From Candidatus Heimdallarchaeota archaeon (GTDB lineage: Archaea; Asgardarchaeota; Heimdallarchaeia; Heimdallarchaeales; Heimdallarchaeaceae): a DNA stretch of 64,000 bases. Numbering within the stretch: the first letter of the stretch is position 1; the number at the start of each line of letters is the position of its first letter. Both the position numbers and the translations under genes were made by a program. Positions 16,865-26,052 of this stretch are shown in pieces. Where the stretch lies: NCBI GenBank assembly GCA_021399395.1, contig JAAFKJ010000115.1:2364-66363 (forward strand), given 5' to 3'. The notes beneath the pieces were generated by a model that ran no database searches, had not been told where the DNA came from, and saw nothing but the letters and a program-made list of their open reading frames with translations.

Positions 16865-18175
16865 TTATACTTCTGCATCAACACAGCCTTCAGGTGTGAT
16901 TGCAAAAACTGCTTCTGTTTCTGGCAAGTAAGGTGAATCATAAATTCTAATGATTCGTTTTTCTCCTTTAGATTTTCTTAAATAGAAACGTGTTATGGCC
17001 CAGTGTCCTAAGATGTTTCCACCAATAGCTTGTGTTGGATCCCCAAAAAATGCTGCGGGATTTGATTGTACTTGATTTGTAATTGCGATTGCTACACCAT
17101 AAGTATCAGCCAATCTACCTAATATTCCTAGATGGTAGTTAATTGTCTGTTGTCTTTCAGCTAGCGTACCTCTTCCTGCATATTCAGCTCTGAAGTGTGC
17201 TGTTGCTGAGTCAAGTGCAACAAAACCGTATTCGTCTTTGTGATTGTAAAACAATTCTAGTAGTCTTTCTACTAAGGTCATCTGATGGTCTGAGTTATAT
17301 GCTCTTGCATATGTAATATCTCTAAGAACATCTTCAAAGTTCTTTTCCCAACCTAGGTCTTTCTGTAGTTTTTCGTGGATAGCTTTTATTCTGCTTGGAG
17401 AGAATGTACCTTCTGTATCAACAAACACTGCTTTTTTACCAACTCCACCAAGTTCTGGAGGAAGCTGAACAGTTACACACAATTGATGACAAAGTTGAGA
17501 TTTTCCTGAACGAAACGGACCAAAAAATTCTATAGTTTCACCAAGTCTAACACCTGCAACACCTAGTTCATCAATAGTGGTTAAGGCATCCAAAGCTTTT
17601 ATTCCATATGTAAAAGCTGGTGAACCCATTTGCTTTTCCATAATATCAAATGCATTGACAAAATCTATTCCACCCCTTAGCTCACTAAGAGATTCCTTGT
17701 ATTTCTTAGCAGCGCTGGATGTTATACCATATTTTTCTTCTAATTCTCTAATAGGAGTTGTTTCAAGTAAATATACATTTAATCCCTTATCTCTAAGCAT
17801 ATCAGCTGTTGCTTTGCCAACACCAGGAAGATCTTCAAGTCCCATTTCTTCTTTGAAGAACTTATACTTGGCAATTGAACTTGAGATTTCAGCTCGAACT
17901 TTCTTTATTATTGCTCTTTGAAGACCCATTGCTTGGAGTTCAATAAGTCGGGTTGTCATAAGTTCCTCAATTTCATTAATATCATTTTCATTCAAAATAT
18001 CCAGAGTTTTCGTTCCTAAACCAGGTACATCAGTTAATTTCTTGAATTCTACTTTCTTTGATTTTTTAGCAGTTTCCTTCTCAGCAAGCTCTATTAGGTG
18101 TTCTTCATATTCTTCTTCAATTTCCTTTGCATCAGGTTCAGTAATTTCTTCCTGTATCTCTGTCTTTTTGCTCAT
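16865..18175 (-). CDS. radA: RadA recombinase with an extended N-terminus
   Basis: Walker A 'GPFRSGKSQ', Walker B 'FVALDSATAHFR' and a RecA-core C-terminus. Two HhH-like 'PG[LV]G' modules precede the core. Confidence 0.9.
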   Translation of the reverse strand: MSKKTEIQEEITEPDAKEIEEEYEEHLIELAEKETAKKSKKVEFKKLTDVPGLGTKTLDILNENDINEIEELMTTRLIELQAMGLQRAIIKKVRAEISSSIAKYKFFKEEMGLEDLPGVGKATADMLRDKGLNVYLLETTPIRELEEKYGITSSAAKKYKESLSELRGGIDFVNAFDIMEKQMGSPAFTYGIKALDALTTIDELGVAGVRLGETIEFFGPFRSGKSQLCHQLCVTVQLPPELGGVGKKAVFVDTEGTFSPSRIKAIHEKLQKDLGWEKNFEDVLRDITYARAYNSDHQMTLVERLLELFYNHKDEYGFVALDSATAHFRAEYAGRGTLAERQQTINYHLGILGRLADTYGVAIAITNQVQSNPAAFFGDPTQAIGGNILGHWAITRFYLRKSKGEKRIIRIYDSPYLPETEAVFAITPEGCVDAEV

Positions 18176-18332
18176 TACTTTGCACCACTACTATTAATTC
18201 GAAGAGGTTAGAGTATTTAAAGGTAATACTTAATCAGGCGATGGTCTAACCTTAATTTAACTTCTTCGAAGGGTGACCCCACTTCAAAAGTAAAAAAATT
18301 GAAAACATAATTCATACAAGATTTGAATCTGC

Positions 18333-18842
18333 TTAAAAATCAATCCCTTTTCTAGCTACTATGCCTTCATTATAGGGGTGCTTAACCTCTTCAATATTGA
18401 TTATTTCATCTACTCTACTTCTAATCTTATCAGGTATTTTTCTACCTGTAATAATGATTTCCTCTTTTACTCTTCCCAAAATTGTTTGCAAATCTTTCCA
18501 TTCCACCAGATCATATGATAGGGCTATACCAAGTTCATCTAGTAATAGAATATCGATTTTGGCTTTGTTTAACTCATTTGAGATTTTATCTATCCCTTCT
18601 TTTACTATGTTTCTGAACTCTTCTAGTTGTTCATCTGAAACATAAAATTCGCTTTTACCAAAACAATACCATCTTAACTGATAATATTTATCAAAAAATT
18701 CACGCTCACCACTATTTTTACCCGTTTTTAGAAATTGTGTAACAATGACTTCCTTTCCATTTTGTATCTCTAAAAAAATATGTCCAATGGCAGTTGAGGT
18801 TTTACCTCGTCCATCTCCAGTAATAAGAGTGAGTTTTGCCAT
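18333..18842 (-). CDS. CobA/CobO/BtuR-type P-loop protein (ATP:corrinoid adenosyltransferase family)
   Basis: 'TGDGRGKTS' P-loop, 'QFLKTGKNSGE', 'LLLDELGIAL', 'ITGRKIP' and 'VKHPYNEGIVARKGIDF' follow the family consensus. Confidence 0.7.
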   Translation of the reverse strand: MAKLTLITGDGRGKTSTAIGHIFLEIQNGKEVIVTQFLKTGKNSGEREFFDKYYQLRWYCFGKSEFYVSDEQLEEFRNIVKEGIDKISNELNKAKIDILLLDELGIALSYDLVEWKDLQTILGRVKEEIIITGRKIPDKIRSRVDEIINIEEVKHPYNEGIVARKGIDF

Positions 18843-18898
18843 TGTAAAACCTATCTTAACAATCTTTTTAATCTTAGCGATGATGAAAAGAAAACCAA

Positions 18899-19333
18899 TT
18901 ACTCAATTTTTGTTTGTTCTTCCGATTCTGACAATGCTTGTTTTTTCTGTTCCTCTTCCCAAAGTTCTGATCCCTTGTCATACATCTTTCCTGTACCATT
19001 ACATAGTGAGCAAACTTCTCTTTTTGCTTCCTTTTTTACTCCAGAATCAACATATCCAGTTCCATGACATAATGGACAATTTGTTCCAATGACCCTTGCC
19101 CCTGTTCGTGCATAGATATAGGATAAAACAATAAAAATCAGACCTAAAGCAAGTAGAATGAATCCTGCGATTTCCAACCCTCTTGCATCTGGAAGATTAG
19201 GATCTTCTGAAACACTTGCTCCATAATCGTACATATAGATACCCGCAATGAATAAAATTCCTCCAAGTAGAAAAATGGCATATTGAGTTATATAAATTCT
19301 AATGTTCGAAACTCTTCGTAGCTTTTTACTCAT
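18899..19333 (-). CDS. Membrane protein with a cytoplasmic DnaJ-type C-x-x-C-x-G-x-G zinc finger
   Basis: Two TM helices, then 'CPLCHGTGYV...CSLCNGTGKMY' and an acidic tail. The ATG at 19333 is preferred over the TTG at 19345. Confidence 0.6.
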   Translation of the reverse strand: MSKKLRRVSNIRIYITQYAIFLLGGILFIAGIYMYDYGASVSEDPNLPDARGLEIAGFILLALGLIFIVLSYIYARTGARVIGTNCPLCHGTGYVDSGVKKEAKREVCSLCNGTGKMYDKGSELWEEEQKKQALSESEEQTKIE

Positions 19334-19422
19334 TAATCCTTCCAATACTTAAACGATGAAAAACATTGTGCTAAATGTTGAAAAGATGGTAAGAAGAAAA
19401 TTCCTAATTAAGCTCTTAAGGC

Positions 19423-19980
19423 TTATCTTCCCATAGATTTTCGTCTATTATTTTGATCTTGTATTGCATTTTCAATTAGTGTTTTTACAAGATTTGCAAT
19501 ACCGTCACCTGTTAACGCAGATGTTTCTACATATCTGCAACCCAATCTTCTTGCAATTCTTTCTGCATCACTATGTTGAACTTCTCTTGCGACATCTGTT
19601 TTGTTCCCAACAATGGTTATATCTAAATCGATATTTTCTTGGCGTAATTCCCTAATCCAGTCTGCGCATTTTTTAAAAGAGTCCCTATTTGAAACATCAT
19701 AGATTATAGCAGCTGCATTAGTTCCAGGATAAAGAAGTTTTCTTACAACACCAAATCTTTTTTGACCTGCCATGTCATAGAAAAGTGCAACAGCTTTTCC
19801 TTTTTGTGTTTTGAAAGAGTAAGTATGAAATTCCGCCCCGACAGTTGGTTTGTATTTCTTTAGAAATACATTCTCGCTGATTCTTTTACAAATCGTTGTC
19901 TTGCCTGATCTACCCGGTCCACATATGGCAAGTTTATAGATATCATAGTCGCGGAACTTAACTTCTACATTTGAGCCCAT
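19423..19980 (-). CDS. Rab/Ras-like small GTPase
   Basis: G1 'GPGRSGKT', switch I 'PTVGAEF', G3 'YDMAGQKRF', G4 'GNKTDV' and G5 'ETSALTG'. The start is set at the internal ATG (MGSNVEV...). The 34-codon upstream extension looks non-coding. Confidence 0.85.
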   Translation of the reverse strand: MGSNVEVKFRDYDIYKLAICGPGRSGKTTICKRISENVFLKKYKPTVGAEFHTYSFKTQKGKAVALFYDMAGQKRFGVVRKLLYPGTNAAAIIYDVSNRDSFKKCADWIRELRQENIDLDITIVGNKTDVAREVQHSDAERIARRLGCRYVETSALTGDGIANLVKTLIENAIQDQNNRRKSMGR

Positions 19981-20125
19981 CTTTGGGAGCACCATGTAAA
20001 AACCCAGAAAAATAATTAAAAGGCGATGTAATACCTCACAGTTACGAGAACCCATATGTGTTGAATTTTGAAACTCATACACACTGGTTAATTCTTAAAT
20101 ATTACCAAGATGTAATTTGATTAGT

Positions 20126-20980
20126 ATGAATTCCGAATTCAAGAAAATTGCTGTTATTGGTTCAGGAACAATGGGTAGTGGTATAGCACTTGTCTTAGCC
20201 AGAGCTGGAATTGATGTAAATATTGTGGATGTAGAACAAAAATTCTTAGATTTAGGGGTACAGAGCATTGAAAATTTTCTTAATTCTAGAATAAGAAAAG
20301 GGAAGATGAATGATCAAGAAGTTAATATTCTAAAAAAGAAAATTCATCCTTTTCTGAAATTGGAAGATGCAACTAGAGACATACAATTGGTGATAGAAGC
20401 AATCACTGAAGACGAAAAATCTAAGAAACAACTATTTGAAGAACTCGAGATTCATTGTGATGATCAAGTTATTTTTGCTACTAACACTTCAGCTATCAAG
20501 ATATCGGAACTCGCAACTGCAACTAAACGTCCTGATAAATTCGTGGGAATGCACTTCTTTAATCCTCCAGCACTAATGAATTTAGTAGAGGTAATACGAG
20601 GTGATAAGACCAGTGATATAACCATAGAAAGTATAATTTCTTTGTGCAAGTTTCTTGAAAAAACCCCCGTATTATCAAAAGAAGCTCCTGGTTTTATAGT
20701 AAATCGATTATTATGGGTGTTCTTGAATGAATCATACAAGCTCTTAGAAAATGGAATAGCAGAAAGGGACCATATAGATAAAGCAATCAAACTAGGTTTG
20801 AACCATCCTATGGGACCATTTGAGTTGTCTGATTATATCGGTCTAGATGTGGTGTTAGAAATTGGAGAATACATCAAAAATCAACTAGGTGAGCAATACG
20901 AACCTGCTTCTTTGTTAAGAAAAATGGTTAATGATGGTAAACTAGGAAAGAAAAGTGGATCTGGTTTCTATAACTATTAG
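20126..20980 (+). CDS. 3-hydroxyacyl-CoA dehydrogenase (NAD-binding)
   Basis: Rossmann motif 'IGSGTMGSGIA', plus 'HFFNPP' and 'PGFIVNRLL' family motifs. Confidence 0.85.
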   Translation: MNSEFKKIAVIGSGTMGSGIALVLARAGIDVNIVDVEQKFLDLGVQSIENFLNSRIRKGKMNDQEVNILKKKIHPFLKLEDATRDIQLVIEAITEDEKSKKQLFEELEIHCDDQVIFATNTSAIKISELATATKRPDKFVGMHFFNPPALMNLVEVIRGDKTSDITIESIISLCKFLEKTPVLSKEAPGFIVNRLLWVFLNESYKLLENGIAERDHIDKAIKLGLNHPMGPFELSDYIGLDVVLEIGEYIKNQLGEQYEPASLLRKMVNDGKLGKKSGSGFYNY

Positions 20981-21010
20981 AGATAAATAAGTAAAAAGAA
21001 CCATAAGGTT

Positions 21011-21697
21011 CTATCTTCTTCTAAAATATAAAAAGAGTGCTGCAACTGCTGCAATTGCAGCTGGTACGACAGCGAATATTACCCATGCCCAGGCTATGGG
21101 AATTGCATTTCCGATGTTCCATTGAGGTAGATGTGGGTCTATTATTTCTCCAGGATTAACAAAACTTAGTAAAAACCTATGTTGACTTCTCACATCTTCT
21201 TGAAAATCGGTCCAATTATCATAAAACGACATGTAAACATATGGCACTTGCGCATCAGCTATGGTATCAGACGTGACATTATAATTAAATATCATTTTCT
21301 CGTTTGGTTTAATTTCCGATATATTATACTCTAGATAACTATCAGACATAAATAAACCAGTTATGTTTACTGCTGCAAATTCATTCATAACAGGTGAAGT
21401 CATTGTCTCATTAATTGTAATATTATCCCCACTTAAGACACTTAACGAGCATGCAGTTAGTCTAAGCTGAGTTATTTCAGTAAGGTTTAATGAAACGGTA
21501 ATGTTTGTTATTGTATAATTTAAGTAATTTTTGATGAAGATTCCTACAGTTATGTTCTCTCCAATAATTACTTCTCTTTCAAATACTATTTGATCAAAAA
21601 CCAATTCTTCTTCTGGAATAAAACCTACAGTTGAGTAAGTGAAACCTAGCATGGATATTAGCAAAGTTATGAAGAGTATTTGACTAAGTTTTCTCAT
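21011..21697 (-). CDS. Secreted, C-terminally anchored surface protein, sequon-dense
   Basis: N-terminal signal-like helix and a C-terminal TM helix followed by 'RRR'. Ten N-x-[ST] sequons lie within ~130 aa. Confidence 0.6.
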   Translation of the reverse strand: MRKLSQILFITLLISMLGFTYSTVGFIPEEELVFDQIVFEREVIIGENITVGIFIKNYLNYTITNITVSLNLTEITQLRLTACSLSVLSGDNITINETMTSPVMNEFAAVNITGLFMSDSYLEYNISEIKPNEKMIFNYNVTSDTIADAQVPYVYMSFYDNWTDFQEDVRSQHRFLLSFVNPGEIIDPHLPQWNIGNAIPIAWAWVIFAVVPAAIAAVAALFLYFRRR

Positions 21698-21778
21698 TAT
21701 AGTATCTCCTTCAGACCTTAAAAAGTGATAATGTTTTTAACTTTAACTCTTTGTGAGCCATTTAAGAACCTAGATTTT

Positions 21779-22492
21779 TTAAATTAAATCTAAAGTACTC
21801 TGATACGCTCTTACAATATCGATATTTTCCACTACAGAAGATTTAGCAACAATTTCAGGCAAATGCTGGTTAACCCAATTCATTGCATTTTCCATTTCCT
21901 TACGCATTATCGGGTCTGTGCTCCTAAATATGTCCACAAGATTATCAAAGTCAACAACTTGCTTGTTTTCTAATAATTCTAGCCATGCTTTTAATGTTTC
22001 AATTCGTTGAGATGGTAAGATAAATTCAACAGTTTTAGTGATTTTATTTGCTACAACTACTCCTTTGATTTTTACTGGCATTAATGCTCGGAATTGGCCA
22101 CCAAGCTGAGACCTAAAGAACATTGAGAGTATCTTTGTTTTATCTGAAATCCTTAATCTATTGTAGAGTAGATCATAATTTATTAATGTTGTACCAAAAA
22201 AAATCCTGGTATCACCATGTTCAATATTAAGAGCTGACTTAGATTCGAGTTCTGAATACAGATCATTTGTTTTGAATCTTATTCCTATAATTCTAGGCAA
22301 ATCTTCAGAAAGCTTAGCTAGAACTCTATCAACATCTCCTTCTATTACAAGATCGTCCCCAGAATGGGAAAAACGTGGATCAAAGATTCTTTTTATTGTG
22401 ATTGCTTCTTCTTCAAGAGAAGAATAGAGATCGTTTAAATTTTCAATATTCAAAGATTTCTGTGAAATTCTAATCATTTTGGTTTCAGGCAT
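21779..22492 (-). CDS. Hypothetical protein co-oriented with and immediately downstream of polB
   Basis: 237-aa ORF starting 16 nt after the polB stop. No motif recognised. Confidence 0.5.
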   Translation of the reverse strand: MPETKMIRISQKSLNIENLNDLYSSLEEEAITIKRIFDPRFSHSGDDLVIEGDVDRVLAKLSEDLPRIIGIRFKTNDLYSELESKSALNIEHGDTRIFFGTTLINYDLLYNRLRISDKTKILSMFFRSQLGGQFRALMPVKIKGVVVANKITKTVEFILPSQRIETLKAWLELLENKQVVDFDNLVDIFRSTDPIMRKEMENAMNWVNQHLPEIVAKSSVVENIDIVRAYQSTLDLI

Positions 22493-22508
22493 CTAGTAAA
22501 CCTCATAT

Positions 22509-25262
22509 TCATTTAAACCAATTATCAAGGGATTTTTGCCCCTCAATTGATTCATCCCACGAGATACCAAGTGTATCAAGCAATTGTATCAAAGTAGATT
22601 TTAGTAGTTCTTTAACTTTCGGTATATCTACATCAATTTTCTTTGCTAATTGGAGTGGTTTGACAGAACACTCATTGCTACCAGTTATTTTGTCCGACAG
22701 CTTAATCGAATATGAAGGGAGTTTAAACGGTTTTGTTTTAATGAAACTGATAAAACTACCAACAGTCGGTTTTTCACCATCAGGAAAATGAATAATCAGT
22801 TGAATTGCAGCTTGAAGAGGTTGTGTCCAACTATCATATTGAGTAATTTTTTTCGATAATGTAACACTAATAGCTAAATCTTCTAGTTCAAAATCTCTTT
22901 TTGCAATTTTTCGATTGACTTCTTTAATTATTTTGACAATACTAGTTTTAGCGTTTTCAAGTTCGTCAGGATTCTGAACTTCTGCAAGAATTTCTACTGC
23001 TTTCTCGAAGGGTTTTTTAGCTAATTCCGGTGTATTTTTCTTCTTACCCATTAAACCTTTAACAATCGGAGTTCCTTTTGTTGTGATTCCAAAATAATTC
23101 TTCTTTCTATCTGAAAGACAGCAATACCTGAAAATATAATCCGTACCTAGTTCTATTTGAAAAGTGTCCATACTCCATTTTTCCAATTCTTTGATATTTT
23201 CTGGTGTAGGTTTGTGGACAAAAATACTATCAGTATCACCATACAAAACTTTGAGACCTAAATTTTCTTCTGTATATTGCTTGGTTTTCGATATCGCTTC
23301 TCTCGCCAAAGCTGCAGTAGACTCAGCTACAGGTGGGCAATATAGAGCAAAATTTTCAGAACCAAACACTCCATAAGATGCGTTTAAAAGAACTTTTAGA
23401 GAAGACTGAATTACATCACTTAGTTTTCTTTCTTTTTCACTTAATGTTGAATCTTTTGCTCTATCTTTGAACCAGTACACCCTGATGTCCCGAATAAATC
23501 CAACAAGCATTGAGCTTATTCCTATTTGTTTCTCACAGATCCAATGATTTGTCTCATGAATCTTGTTCTTTTTACATTCAGGATGGTTACAATTTATAGA
23601 TTCATAAGATAAATTTCTTGTTTTGATTATAGAAGGATATAAACTAGCGAAATCAAGTGTGTAAACATTCCACCATACACCCGCTTGAGGCTCGATAACT
23701 ATTGCTCCTTGATACTTCTTCCCTTTGATAATTGCTTCAGTTGATGTGCCCCCTTTGAGTTGCAATATATCTACTTGTCTCGGGATTAAGTTTTCTCTAA
23801 TTCTATGTTCAAAATACATCCAATTTTGAATCCAGATACTGATGCTTGCTCTAGTAAAATCATCAATAGGCATTTTTGTTATTCTTGAAAGCATAATAAT
23901 TAGTTCTATTACTTGATTGTCATTGAAACTAGTTAATTCATAAGTTATTTCAGCATCGCGACCATTATATTCTATTAGTTCCTCTAGCTCTAAATCCCAA
24001 ATATCCTTTTCATGCTTTAATTTTTCTTTTCCAAGTAAAGTTCTCCCAAGTTCATCTAGGGTATTGCGTTCATATGCTCCTCCGAAAGCATAAATGCGAA
24101 TAGCTGGTTGCCTGAAGAATCTATACAAATCAAGATGTATTCCATTTACCAAGTAAACATCTTGTGTTCTAGTTGTTATAAAAGGAATTGAACTCTCTTT
24201 TATTTCCAATCTTTTTGCACGATTATTTAGATAAGCGAAGTCGAAATTGTCTCCATTAAAAGTTATCACAATAGGATAATTGCTCATTTCTTTGAAGCAT
24301 GCAATTAAAAGATCTGATTCATTATCAAATTCCTTTACATTGACTGTTATTTTGCTTTTATCAATTTGCTTTTTTTCTTCATTCAAAACATAAACGGTTG
24401 TTTCATGTTTATCATTGGTTATTCCAATTGAAATGACCTTCTGTTTTGCTGTATTTGGGTCTGGAATCTTGTTCTTCTCACTTTCAACCTCTATGTCCAC
24501 AGAACATCTTCTAAGTGTTGGAATAGGTGCAAAAAGTATTGGTAAATATTGCTCAACTAGTTCTAGAATTTCAGAAGACTGTCCTTTAAAAATTTCTAAT
24601 ATGTTTTGTTTGACTTCGGCTTTGATCTTTGGTTCTTTTCGAACCAGCTTATTATTTTTTATCTCATAAAACAAACCTGGGACTAGAGCATTATCATAAA
24701 TATAATTTAGATGATACCTGATATTCGCTTCAAATGAAGGTTTTATTTTTTCTCTATAGCTATTTCCTCTACCTCCAATTGCTAATGGATTAGTAGCAAA
24801 AACTTTGGTTAATGACAAGTTTTTTTGGTTTAATCGGTTGAATTTATTTACAACCTCACATCCAACGAATTCCTTTTCATTTTTCAGGATATTTTCTACA
24901 TCAGCTTTTTTCATGGTAGTTAGCAGATATGGAAGGTGGTTTGTGTTGTCATACCATCTGTAGACTTTTTCATCATCAGGATTATATAATTTCAAATAGG
25001 CCTTCTCGTTTTTCCCATCATATTTGACATCGATTAAATAAGAAGCTGAAAGATTATCAGGAGCTAGAAGCACAAAATCACTCCCCTTTACCTCTAAAAT
25101 TTGTTTTGAGGCATTAAAAACCTCTTTTTCACTATCACCAGTATCATTGTTTTGTGAATTATCTTCTGCTATAATACTATCTGAAACATTGTTTGGAGGT
25201 TTTTGGATAAAACTCATTAAACCTCTGTCATTCTGATTGTCTTCTTTCTTACCATGGCTCAA
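22509..25262 (-). CDS. polB: Family B DNA polymerase
   Basis: Exo I 'SVDIEV', Exo II 'FNGDNFDF', Pol A 'DFASLYPSII', Pol C 'YGDTDS' and a 'KKKNY'-type motif. The start is uncertain (TTG at 25262 or ATG at 25217). Confidence 0.9.
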   Translation of the reverse strand: MSHGKKEDNQNDRGLMSFIQKPPNNVSDSIIAEDNSQNNDTGDSEKEVFNASKQILEVKGSDFVLLAPDNLSASYLIDVKYDGKNEKAYLKLYNPDDEKVYRWYDNTNHLPYLLTTMKKADVENILKNEKEFVGCEVVNKFNRLNQKNLSLTKVFATNPLAIGGRGNSYREKIKPSFEANIRYHLNYIYDNALVPGLFYEIKNNKLVRKEPKIKAEVKQNILEIFKGQSSEILELVEQYLPILFAPIPTLRRCSVDIEVESEKNKIPDPNTAKQKVISIGITNDKHETTVYVLNEEKKQIDKSKITVNVKEFDNESDLLIACFKEMSNYPIVITFNGDNFDFAYLNNRAKRLEIKESSIPFITTRTQDVYLVNGIHLDLYRFFRQPAIRIYAFGGAYERNTLDELGRTLLGKEKLKHEKDIWDLELEELIEYNGRDAEITYELTSFNDNQVIELIIMLSRITKMPIDDFTRASISIWIQNWMYFEHRIRENLIPRQVDILQLKGGTSTEAIIKGKKYQGAIVIEPQAGVWWNVYTLDFASLYPSIIKTRNLSYESINCNHPECKKNKIHETNHWICEKQIGISSMLVGFIRDIRVYWFKDRAKDSTLSEKERKLSDVIQSSLKVLLNASYGVFGSENFALYCPPVAESTAALAREAISKTKQYTEENLGLKVLYGDTDSIFVHKPTPENIKELEKWSMDTFQIELGTDYIFRYCCLSDRKKNYFGITTKGTPIVKGLMGKKKNTPELAKKPFEKAVEILAEVQNPDELENAKTSIVKIIKEVNRKIAKRDFELEDLAISVTLSKKITQYDSWTQPLQAAIQLIIHFPDGEKPTVGSFISFIKTKPFKLPSYSIKLSDKITGSNECSVKPLQLAKKIDVDIPKVKELLKSTLIQLLDTLGISWDESIEGQKSLDNWFK

Positions 25263-25473
25263 AATTGTTTTACCTCATTGAAATTGTAATACCAACTAAT
25301 GCTTACTGAATCAACCTAATTTTTGTCAAATTTTCAAGCATATCAATATATCGCTTTTCAATTAATTTTTTCTTGCTAATTAATATGTTCTAAATACTAA
25401 CAGACATTTTTCTTAATAAATCCATCAAGTTTTTCCCACTAATTTTATTTATGATGACTGTTTGAAATTAAAC

Positions 25474-25908
25474 ATGAAATCGAAGAACGTTAAATTAGTT
25501 AAAGTGCATTTTCTTAGATTGATGAAAGGGGAAAATTTGCTTGAAAGTATTATAACATACTGTAAAGAAATGAATATCTTATCAGGTTCTGTACAAGGAA
25601 TTGGTGCAATAAGCAATCCTTCAATCGGTTATTACGATTTGGAGAAAAAAACATATTTAACTAATAATTATGACTTTAATGCAGAACTAGTTAATTGTTC
25701 TGGTAATATTGCCAAAAATAAGGAAACAGGAGAGATTATTGCCCATTTACATATGGTTGTGGGTGATCAAAAAGGTCAAACATACGGGGGGCACGTTATG
25801 CCAAAAAATAGGATTAGTGTAACGGGGGAATTTACAATCATTGAAACAGAGGGTACTAATTATCGTGCTACTGATGAAGATTTTAATTTAATGCTCTTAG
25901 ATTTCTGA
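25474..25908 (+). CDS. PPC (DUF296) domain protein
   Basis: 'G.G...H.H...G...G...GGH' pattern ('AHLHMVVGDQKGQTYGGHVM'). Size ~145 aa. Confidence 0.7.
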   Translation: MKSKNVKLVKVHFLRLMKGENLLESIITYCKEMNILSGSVQGIGAISNPSIGYYDLEKKTYLTNNYDFNAELVNCSGNIAKNKETGEIIAHLHMVVGDQKGQTYGGHVMPKNRISVTGEFTIIETEGTNYRATDEDFNLMLLDF

Positions 25909-25940
25909 GTAGGATAACATTTGTACTCTACTTCCCTTCC

Positions 25941-25948
25941 TTTTTTTT
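25941..25948 (+). terminator. Oligo-T (T8), candidate terminator
   Basis: The T8 run begins 33 nt after the stop codon at 25908. Confidence 0.3.
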
Positions 25949-26052
25949 ACTGCAGTTACTTATTCTAACACTACTTATTTCATCTCTTGCGATTAATCCT
26001 CTAACAAACTTTTAATAAGGCGAAATGTGTTTATCATATTAAAAGCAACATA

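Noticed and set aside
19981-20082. Hydrophobic 34-codon N-terminal extension of the first small GTPase (possible membrane anchor)
   Set aside because: An internal ATG gives a canonical distance to the G1 motif. The extension runs into the divergent promoter region shared with the 3-hydroxyacyl-CoA dehydrogenase gene, so it is more likely non-coding. It is worth re-checking with TSS data.
21779-22492. Idea that the polB-adjacent 237-aa protein is a divergent PCNA
   Set aside because: The size and a short 'L..EEA.T.K...DP' stretch looked PCNA-like. The C-terminal half is clearly helical rather than the repeated beta-alpha-beta PCNA topology, and the interdomain connector pattern is absent.
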